From IMG/VR virus record IMGVR_UViG_3300024255_000001: DNA of 64,000 nt. One strand, given 5' to 3'. The notes beneath the pieces were generated by a model, which worked only from the letters and a program-made list of their open reading frames with translations, ran no database searches and was not told the origin of the DNA. Made by a program: the position numbers and the translations under genes. The stretch is from a virus. Each line of letters begins with the position of its first letter. The first letter of the stretch is position 1. Positions 46,486 to 54,350 of the stretch are shown one piece after another.

Positions 46486-48511
46486 CTATACCATCGGTTC
46501 TAGGGTTATCTTCTGTGATGCCGTTTCTTTCGAGCATCTTTTTATAGTCATCATTTATATTTCTGTCAAGAGTATTATATTGAGTATGCCAGTGGTATTT
46601 TAACCATTGGAACCCACCATAATCATATTTCCACGTATCATAAAATGGTTTATATTGTTCATAGTGTGCTCTTAAAACTTCTTCACTAAAGAATGTGTGG
46701 AAATTACCCACATTTTTATGAATAGACCATTTATATTTTCTAGAATCATCTATACCAAGGGGTTCTAACTCTAAAAACTCAGAAACTTCACCTAAAAATT
46801 TACCTTGGTTCCAAAGTACATCTTCATATCTTAATACAATACAGTTATCTCCAAATTGTTTTGTATATGATTCTATTAATTGTATTTGTTTATCTGCAAT
46901 TTCATTTATGAATTCTGCAGCTCTAATATCATCTGGATTATTTATGTAATCTTTTGAATACATGTGAAGCCCATTATCAAAATTTAAAATATTAATAGCA
47001 ACTTCTCTAGGGTCAGATATAACTAAAAATACTTTAGTTTTATTTACATCAATAAACTCATCAATAACTTTATCTTCCAATGGAACATGGCTCTTAGACC
47101 ATTTCGTTAAGTCAACTGTTTCTGGAAAGTTTTCTCTAATTAACTCTTTAGATAATTCTGAACCAACCATTCTCCAGCCTACTAAAAGATATTCATTATT
47201 TTCATTAGGTTTCCTAAGCCATGTATCAGGTCCATTTCGCCATACACCAGGTCTTTCTTCTTTCCAATCTCCCTGCAAACCCATTGAATTTGTTACAGGC
47301 CTCACATTCTGTTCTAATAACTTATGTTTTATTTTAAAATACTGCTCTGCATTATTTGTTATATGTGAATGCCACGCTTCTGCTGCTGCGTCCCACGTAA
47401 AATACCCTGCGGAATGTTCAGCATTACGTAATGCTTTATTTTTTAATTCTGTATCTATATCTAATAAAATATTAGCGGCAAGATCAAACATCGTATCATA
47501 ATCACTAAATGGCATAATTACCCCATCTTTAACAACTGATGGTAAAGCCGCTTTATCTGAAACAATACACAAGACTCCATTCATTTGCATTTCTAATGCA
47601 GTTATACAAAATGTTTCTTCATAATCAGAAAGATATAACCAATATGTAGCTTTTTGAGCAGCAGAATATAATTCTTGTTTAGAGACTGAGCCCATGTCGG
47701 TGACTCCCTCGTCCTTTAAATCATTTAATCTATCTACTACACCATCGATATTATACCAACTTTCCTGTCCAGTTTCATTTGGATCAGAATATTTTGGATA
47801 GTAAACATCTAAGGTTGCATTAGGCATTACCTTTTTAATTTTATACCAATTATCTAATAAAGCTACTAAACCTCTATCTACAGCAGATGCCCATATAAAT
47901 TTATTTGGATCTTTAACAGTAGGTGCATTGTAGAAATCTTCTTTATTAATTCCATTAGGAATGGACATAAGTCCACCTCGCCATGTTGAATTATCTAGTC
48001 TAGCTGCATTTGCAACTTGGCCAGTAATTAAATTAGGATATTTATTTTGAATTATATTTTCTATAATATGGTTAGATGCCCAATCTGATGGAGTTGTAAT
48101 ACATTGTATTTCGGTTAAATGTTTAAACTCTTCAAGACCTTCTATTGGTCTACCTTTATACCATGGTTCATATTCAGTGTTGTGCATCCAAATCCATTTA
48201 TATTTTGGATCTAGATCAGCATCTTCTAAGTAGTTTAAAAAGTTTATATAGTTTACACCTATTACTATATCAAAGTAATCACTAGGTCTATGTAAAAAAT
48301 TAAATTCAAATTCACCTAGGGCATGCCAAGTAACTCCATCAATCTTTTCACCATGTGAACTTTCAACCTCTCCGGCTACATGTACTTCATGGCCAAAATT
48401 TGATAATCGTTTACTTATCTCTATTACTGCTGTTTCTGTTCCGCCTAAACCGGTAGTTGTATTACCGTTAAATGTTTCAAATCGGTAACCTGTCCAAAAT
48501 AGTATTCTCAT
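46475..48511 (-). CDS. GT4 (GT-B) glycosyltransferase fused to a sulfotransferase-like domain; start revised to MRILFW
   Basis: GLGGTET, WMHN, IPNGI, SAVDRGL, EETFCITALE; C-terminal SKSH, SDPREV, LRYEDV. Confidence 0.7.
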   Translation of the reverse strand: MRILFWTGYRFETFNGNTTTGLGGTETAVIEISKRLSNFGHEVHVAGEVESSHGEKIDGVTWHALGEFEFNFLHRPSDYFDIVIGVNYINFLNYLEDADLDPKYKWIWMHNTEYEPWYKGRPIEGLEEFKHLTEIQCITTPSDWASNHIIENIIQNKYPNLITGQVANAARLDNSTWRGGLMSIPNGINKEDFYNAPTVKDPNKFIWASAVDRGLVALLDNWYKIKKVMPNATLDVYYPKYSDPNETGQESWYNIDGVVDRLNDLKDEGVTDMGSVSKQELYSAAQKATYWLYLSDYEETFCITALEMQMNGVLCIVSDKAALPSVVKDGVIMPFSDYDTMFDLAANILLDIDTELKNKALRNAEHSAGYFTWDAAAEAWHSHITNNAEQYFKIKHKLLEQNVRPVTNSMGLQGDWKEERPGVWRNGPDTWLRKPNENNEYLLVGWRMVGSELSKELIRENFPETVDLTKWSKSHVPLEDKVIDEFIDVNKTKVFLVISDPREVAINILNFDNGLHMYSKDYINNPDDIRAAEFINEIADKQIQLIESYTKQFGDNCIVLRYEDVLWNQGKFLGEVSEFLELEPLGIDDSRKYKWSIHKNVGNFHTFFSEEVLRAHYEQYKPFYDTWKYDYGGFQWLKYHWHTQYNTLDRNINDDYKKMLERNGITEDNPRTDGIDGF

Positions 48512-48512
48512 A

Positions 48513-49136
48513 TTATTTGTAATGTGAGCCACCAACCCATAAAACTAAAGATCTTCTAGTACCCTTGGTGACAGGAGATACTCTATGCATCATATAACTT
48601 GGAAAAAGAACTGCGACTCCTCTACCTCTCGGGCAGGTTGTTGCTCCCCAATCATTTGAAGTATCACCACCGGAAGTAATTTGTAATTCACCACCTTCAT
48701 ATTCGTCTGAATCTGATAATTGAATTGTAATAGAAACTTTTCTTCTAGAGGGTAATTCACCAGGACCTATATCTTGGTGCCAGTCGTAGTGCCCATTTTC
48801 ATGAGCATAATATTCTGTGTATTGAATTTGTTCTGGAGCAGAGTGTAGATCGAATTGCCATAGATTATTATTTGCTTCTTCAGCAAAACCAATTAATCTT
48901 TTATACAGCCAATCCCAATCTCTATTCTGTGGAACCCATTTTACCATTGAGGAACGAACTCCTTCAGGATCGTTACCCTCAATAGCTTCGCCATCTGAGC
49001 CTATTGTAGTTGCTCGTTCTACTGGAAGTTCACTAGCTAATTTAATAATTTTACTAACCTCTTCCTTAGTTAAACCTTCTTTAAACCAATACCATTGTTG
49101 TGGATCGTTTGTTGGTTGATTAAAACTGTAAGTCAT
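48513..49136 (-). CDS. 2OG-Fe(II) oxygenase (prolyl 4-hydroxylase/PKHD-type)
   Basis: QYTEY, YDWHQD, RKVSITIQLS, YEGGEL, FPSYMMHRVSPVTKGTRRSLVLW. Confidence 0.85.
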   Translation of the reverse strand: MTYSFNQPTNDPQQWYWFKEGLTKEEVSKIIKLASELPVERATTIGSDGEAIEGNDPEGVRSSMVKWVPQNRDWDWLYKRLIGFAEEANNNLWQFDLHSAPEQIQYTEYYAHENGHYDWHQDIGPGELPSRRKVSITIQLSDSDEYEGGELQITSGGDTSNDWGATTCPRGRGVAVLFPSYMMHRVSPVTKGTRRSLVLWVGGSHYK

Positions 49137-49153
49137 GAAATAATGTTTAATAG

Positions 49154-49180
49154 TTATACAATAAAAAGTAAAAAAGTTTA
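49154..49180 (-). promoter_or_regulatory. Putative middle promoter of the hydroxylase/GT operon
   Basis: TAAAC-N16-GTATAA; late-like GATAAATAA at 49185-49193 just upstream. Confidence 0.55.
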
Positions 49181-49200
49181 CAGTTTATTTATCAACCTTA

Positions 49201-50121
49201 TTAAACATCAGTTAAAGTAGCTGTAGCAGTTAATACAGGTACGCCCTTATTATTACTATCAATATTATTTAATGTCATGATAATAGTTTCATCTTCCTCC
49301 TTCTCATTATCTAAGACGTAGTTCAATGTAACTTGAGCTTGTCCGTTTGTAAATACAAATTTACCAAAAGCCCAACCCATCGTTGATGGTTCATAATCAG
49401 CTAAACCTACGTAACCCTCTACTTCAGCTTGAGCGCGGACCTCTAAAATATCTTGCCAAGAGTTAGCAACTAACCCTGCGCTTTCATCTGCCGTTACATC
49501 CCATATATTAGCAGTACCAAGAAGGTAGAACGAAACTATAGTTCCATCAGGTACGTTATCTGCAGTTAGAGTCCATGTTGAGCTAGTACCTTCAGGTGAT
49601 ATTGCAGGAGTAACTGACAACTGATAATTAGTTGGAAGTACCTCTGATACTGTAGTAGTAGCCACCGGTGTTGGATAAGTCTCTGCTGGCATGCCTAATT
49701 GTGCTTTAACAGCTTCTGCTCTAGCATTTAATTCATTAAGTGCATCTAAACATAAAACTGAAAGAGCTTCATAGTCTATCCAATAATAATCCTCATCTTC
49801 ATCTAGCCAGTCCATAACCCTTACAAGACTTGGTTCTACTGCAGCTAATTCTTGTGCAATCAAACCAATTCTTTTAGGTTGTACTCCACCAAATTCTTCA
49901 GGTCTATCCCATCCAAATTGCTGACCTAATTCGTTCATATAGAAATAATAGGTTTCTAAAGTTCTAATTTTTTCAGTAGCAGAACCAACTGGTAAATTAA
50001 TCTCTTTAGATAAAAGGTATTGTGCCGCTGGTTTAATATCAACCGCGTACGCCCATCCACCAGAACCGTCGTTCTTTAAACTAAATCCAGGATCGTAATT
50101 CCAATTCTCTATACCTGCCAT
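49201..50121 (-). CDS. Stand-alone degenerate S74-type intramolecular chaperone domain plus Calx-beta/Ig-like domain
   Basis: IGLIAQELAAVEPSLV...IDYEALSVLCLDALNEL without SDxRLK; DNEKEEDETIIMTL. Confidence 0.65.
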   Translation of the reverse strand: MAGIENWNYDPGFSLKNDGSGGWAYAVDIKPAAQYLLSKEINLPVGSATEKIRTLETYYFYMNELGQQFGWDRPEEFGGVQPKRIGLIAQELAAVEPSLVRVMDWLDEDEDYYWIDYEALSVLCLDALNELNARAEAVKAQLGMPAETYPTPVATTTVSEVLPTNYQLSVTPAISPEGTSSTWTLTADNVPDGTIVSFYLLGTANIWDVTADESAGLVANSWQDILEVRAQAEVEGYVGLADYEPSTMGWAFGKFVFTNGQAQVTLNYVLDNEKEEDETIIMTLNNIDSNNKGVPVLTATATLTDV

Positions 50122-50150
50122 TTTATATTTATATTTTTATTTTATATTTA

Positions 50151-52157
50151 TTATCTATAGCCCATGTAACACATGCCGTAATCAGGACCGTCAACACTAG
50201 CACAACCCGAAACATATTGAATTGAACATGCACAAATGTATGTACTGGAGTAGCTATATCCAGATGTGGTTTGCCTATTTCCTGCACAGTCTGTATAGTA
50301 AACAGTACTATAACATCCGGATCTGTTTATCATGTAATCGTAACATTGACATACAGATCCAGCAGGGCCTTGAGTACCTGAAGCACCAGTATCACCTTTT
50401 GGACCTTTAGGTCCAGTTGAACCAACTCCACCTGATGCTCCTGTCGGTCCTTGTGAGCCTGCAGCACCTTTTGGACCAGTACCACCTTGTGCACCAGTTG
50501 CACCTTTTGGTCCGGTAGGGCCAGTTGGACCTTGTGGACCTGCAGCACCAGTATCACCTGTAGCACCTTTTGGTCCAGTAGCGCCAGGAAGTCCACCGGG
50601 ACCTTGTGCACCTTGATTACCAATTGCACCTTGTGGACCAGTAGGGCCTTGAGCACCAGTTGCGCCTTTAGCACCTTGGCCACCTTGTGGACCTTGATTA
50701 CCGCCGCCACCAGAAGGGCCTGCTACACCTGTTGCTCCAGTAGCGCCTTGGTTTCCAATAGCACCTGTATCTCCACCTGGGCTTGGACCAACATAACCTT
50801 TAGCACCTTGGCCACCAATTGGACTATTACCTATTATACCTTTTTGACCAATATCTCCACCAGCACCTTTAGAACCTTGATCTCCGGTTGCACCTACGCC
50901 TCCTGTATCTCCACCACCGCCTGTAGCACCTTGAGCTCCACCATCACCATTAGCACCGGTTAAACCTGTAAGACCGGTTTTGCCTTGATCTCCGCCGCCA
51001 CCTACAGCACCTTGACCACCTAAATCACCACCAGCACCTTTAGAACCCTGGTCACCAATAATACCCTGGTCACCACCGCCACCTACAGCACCTTGATCAC
51101 CACCGCCACCAACTGGACTATTACCAACGCCACCTTTGGGGCCTTGATCTCCGGTTGCACCAGTTGCACCAATAGCACCTTGAGCACCTGTATCACCACC
51201 GGTACCAGAAGGACCTGATGGACCTGTTGCTCCAATTGGAGCAGTTCCCTGTGGACCTATTATACCTTTTTGACCAATATCTCCACCAGCACCTTTAGAA
51301 CCAGTATTACCAGTATCACCTATAGCACCAGTTGCACCGACAGCACCTTGAGCACCAATTGGACTATCACCAACAACACCAATTGCCCCAGTATTACCTA
51401 TATCTCCGCCGCCACCAACAGCACCAACATTACCTAAATCACCACCGCCGCCGATAGCACCTGTTCCGCCTTGATCTCCACCAGGGCTAGTACCTTGAGC
51501 TCCGCCGCCACCTTGAGTACCGATTGCACCTTGATCACCTTGGCCACCAAGAGCACCTTTTGGACCTTGATCTCCGCCGCCACCTTGAGTACCGATTGCA
51601 CCAAGATCACCTCCACCGCCGATAGCACCTGTTCCGCCTTGATCACCAGTACCACCTGGAGAACCGATTGCACCAGTATCACCTGTTATGCCTTTTGGAG
51701 AATCACCACCAGCACCTTTAGCACCAGTATCACCAGTTGCACCTTGTGGGCCTTGATCACCAACAACACCTGCAATACCGTCACCACCGCCAGCACCTTT
51801 AGCACCAGTATCTCCGCCACCGCCGACATCACCAGTTGGACCAGTAGTACCTATATCACCTTTTGAAACAGGAGCAGTATGGTTATCACCAGCACCACCT
51901 AAATCACCTGGAGCACCTTGGTCACCACCATCACCGCCTCCACCAAAAGCACCTTTATTACCTTTGTTTCCTGGAGCACCTTGTGGACCTTTGACGCCTT
52001 GGTCACCACCGCCACCACCAGCACCTTTAGCACCTTTTGCACCTGTAACACCTTTTTCACCTGGCTCTCCTAATAAATAAGGAAAGTTTTTAGGTTCAAA
52101 ATTAGAATCAGTCAGTACTTGGTTACCTGCGACAAGTATGTTTCTGTAATCAGCCAT
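50151..52157 (-). CDS. Collagen-like fibre B (Asp/Gly-rich, interrupted) with Cys-rich C-terminal domain
   Basis: About 570 aa of Gly-X-Y; 8 Cys in the last 67 aa. Confidence 0.9.
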   Translation of the reverse strand: MADYRNILVAGNQVLTDSNFEPKNFPYLLGEPGEKGVTGAKGAKGAGGGGGDQGVKGPQGAPGNKGNKGAFGGGGDGGDQGAPGDLGGAGDNHTAPVSKGDIGTTGPTGDVGGGGDTGAKGAGGGDGIAGVVGDQGPQGATGDTGAKGAGGDSPKGITGDTGAIGSPGGTGDQGGTGAIGGGGDLGAIGTQGGGGDQGPKGALGGQGDQGAIGTQGGGGAQGTSPGGDQGGTGAIGGGGDLGNVGAVGGGGDIGNTGAIGVVGDSPIGAQGAVGATGAIGDTGNTGSKGAGGDIGQKGIIGPQGTAPIGATGPSGPSGTGGDTGAQGAIGATGATGDQGPKGGVGNSPVGGGGDQGAVGGGGDQGIIGDQGSKGAGGDLGGQGAVGGGGDQGKTGLTGLTGANGDGGAQGATGGGGDTGGVGATGDQGSKGAGGDIGQKGIIGNSPIGGQGAKGYVGPSPGGDTGAIGNQGATGATGVAGPSGGGGNQGPQGGQGAKGATGAQGPTGPQGAIGNQGAQGPGGLPGATGPKGATGDTGAAGPQGPTGPTGPKGATGAQGGTGPKGAAGSQGPTGASGGVGSTGPKGPKGDTGASGTQGPAGSVCQCYDYMINRSGCYSTVYYTDCAGNRQTTSGYSYSSTYICACSIQYVSGCASVDGPDYGMCYMGYR

Positions 52158-52175
52158 TTATTATTTTATGTTTAT

Positions 52176-54302
52176 TTAAGAACCTAATTGACTCTCAATA
52201 TCTGTTAATTTCGTATCTAATTCCTTAATAGCCTCAATTAAAATAGCAGATAGTTTAGAGTAATCAACTCCTCTATAACCTTCTTCTGGATCTAATCCTG
52301 GAATTTGGAATACTAATTCTGGGAATTGAGCTTGTACCTCTTCGGCAAGCACACCCATTCTAGGAGCAGTACCCATTCCTAATGATTGTGCGAATTCATT
52401 TGGATTCCAAATTACACCTCTAATTGCATTAATTTTAGTTAAGGTATTTCCAATTGGACCTTCAACATTCTTTAATCTAGAATCTGAAGTTCCTGGAGGG
52501 CCTTGTGGACCTTGTGCACCTTTTTGACCTTTTTGACCTGTTGGACCGGTTGGACCTTTAGCACCAGTACCACCAGTACCACCAGTATTACCTTTTAAAC
52601 CTGCTGGACCTGTTGGACCAGTATTACCTTTCGGGCCTGTTGGACCTGTACCACCGCCACCACCTTGTGGACCTTGTGCACCAGTATTACCTTTTACACC
52701 TTGTGGACCAGTTGGACCTTTCGGGCCAGTTGGACCCATTGGACCAGTATTACCTTTCGGGCCTGTTACACCTGTTGCACCAGTTGCGCCTTTAGTACCT
52801 TGTGGACCAGTAGGGCCTTGACTACCTGTAGGACCTTTAAGACCTGTTGGACCTGAAGGACCAGTAGGACCTTGTGGGCCAGTATTACCTTTTGGACCAG
52901 TTGCTCCTTTGACTCCAGTTGCTCCTTGGACACCTCGAGGTCCCGTTGGACCTTGTGGACCAGTAGGACCTTGAAGACCAGTACCACCCTGTGGACCTTT
53001 CAGGCCTTGTGGACCTGTTGGACCTTTAGTACCTTGTGGACCAGTTGGACCCTTTGGACCTCCAGGACCAGTTGCACCTTTTTGACCTTTTTGACCTTGA
53101 GGACCTGTTCCACCACCTGCACCAGTTGCACCTTTAATACCTTGTGGACCTGTACCACCCTGAGGACCTTTAAGACCTTGTGGGCCAGTATTACCTTTTG
53201 GACCTTGTGGACCTTTAAGACCTTGTGGACCAGTTGGACCTTTCAGGCCTTGTGGACCAGTATCACCTTTCGGGCCTGTTGGACCGGTTGGACCTTTTGG
53301 ACCTTGTGGACCTTGACCACCTTGATTACCCTTAGGACCTTTAAGACCTTGTGGACCTGAAGGACCGGTTGGACCTTGTGGACCAGCAATACCCTGTGGA
53401 CCTTGTAGGCCTTGACCACCCTGAGGACCTTTAGCTCCTTGTGGACCAGTACCACCTTGTGGGCCTTTAGCTCCTTGTGGACCAGTTGGACCAGTTATAC
53501 CTTTAAGACCTTGTGGACCTTTAGCTCCTTGTGGACCAGTATTACCTTTTGGCCCTTTTGGACCTTGTGGACCTTGACCACCTTGAGGACCTTTAGCTCC
53601 TTGTGGACCAGTTGGACCAGTTTGACCTTTAACTCCTTGAGGACCCTGTGGACCTTTTAATCCACTAGGACCTTGTGGACCTTGTGGGCCTTTAGCTCCT
53701 TGAAGACCTTGTGAACCTGTTGAACCTTTTAATCCACTAGGACCTTGTGAACCTTGTGGACCTTTTGCACCCTGACCCCCTTGAGGACCTTGTGGGCCTT
53801 TAACTCCTTGAGGACCTTGTGGGCCTTTAGCTCCTTGAAGACCTTGTGGACCGGTTGGACCTTTCGGGCCTTGTGCACCAGTTGCACCTTTAATACCTTG
53901 TGCACCAGTTTGACCTTTAGTTCCAGGACCACCCTGCGGTCCCTTTTCACCTTGTGCACCTCCTGGGCCTTTAGCTCCTTGTGGGCCTTTAACACCAATT
54001 TCACCTTTTTGGCCTTTTGAACCAGCTAAACCTGGGGCACCCTTTGCACCGCCAACACCTTTAGCTCCTTGTCCACCTTTTTGACCTTTTTCACCTGCAT
54101 CACCGCCACCACCTTGTGGACCTTTGGGACCTTGACCTCCAACTTCACCTTTTTGACCCTTTGCTCCACCAGGACCTTGTTGTCCAGTGTCGCCTGTTGG
54201 ACCTTTAGCTCCTTTCATGGCACTATATTGTGTAGGGTCGAAGTTTCCAGCTGTTAGAATAATAGATCCTTGTACTGTAGCTCCTGCTTTTAAATTTGCC
54301 AT
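52176..54302 (-). CDS. Collagen-like fibre A (Lys/Pro/Gln/Thr-rich) with C-terminal S74 autocleaving chaperone
   Basis: About 575 aa of Gly-X-Y; SDSRLK...GVLAEEV...FPELV...VDYSKL...EAIKEL. Confidence 0.9.
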   Translation of the reverse strand: MANLKAGATVQGSIILTAGNFDPTQYSAMKGAKGPTGDTGQQGPGGAKGQKGEVGGQGPKGPQGGGGDAGEKGQKGGQGAKGVGGAKGAPGLAGSKGQKGEIGVKGPQGAKGPGGAQGEKGPQGGPGTKGQTGAQGIKGATGAQGPKGPTGPQGLQGAKGPQGPQGVKGPQGPQGGQGAKGPQGSQGPSGLKGSTGSQGLQGAKGPQGPQGPSGLKGPQGPQGVKGQTGPTGPQGAKGPQGGQGPQGPKGPKGNTGPQGAKGPQGLKGITGPTGPQGAKGPQGGTGPQGAKGPQGGQGLQGPQGIAGPQGPTGPSGPQGLKGPKGNQGGQGPQGPKGPTGPTGPKGDTGPQGLKGPTGPQGLKGPQGPKGNTGPQGLKGPQGGTGPQGIKGATGAGGGTGPQGQKGQKGATGPGGPKGPTGPQGTKGPTGPQGLKGPQGGTGLQGPTGPQGPTGPRGVQGATGVKGATGPKGNTGPQGPTGPSGPTGLKGPTGSQGPTGPQGTKGATGATGVTGPKGNTGPMGPTGPKGPTGPQGVKGNTGAQGPQGGGGGTGPTGPKGNTGPTGPAGLKGNTGGTGGTGAKGPTGPTGQKGQKGAQGPQGPPGTSDSRLKNVEGPIGNTLTKINAIRGVIWNPNEFAQSLGMGTAPRMGVLAEEVQAQFPELVFQIPGLDPEEGYRGVDYSKLSAILIEAIKELDTKLTDIESQLGS

Positions 54303-54324
54303 TTCTTAGTTTTTCTTATTTTAT

Positions 54325-54333
54325 TTATATATC
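54325..54333 (-). promoter_or_regulatory. Putative late promoter of the collagen genes
   Basis: Exact GATATATAA. Confidence 0.65.
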
Positions 54334-54350
54334 AAATTTCTGTTATTAGG

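Noticed and set aside
50122-50151. Read-through or frameshift joining collagen B to the downstream S74-like gene
   Set aside because: The 29-nt spacer is an A/T-only leader containing several TAA triplets; the downstream gene has its own ATG
43463-54302. Eukaryotic or giant-virus (NCLDV) origin suggested by PLOD, COLGALT, GNA1 and collagen
   Set aside because: Contiguous with T4-like baseplate genes, an S74 chaperone, bacterial bS21/bS1, coupled operons and the same promoter motifs as the rest of the window
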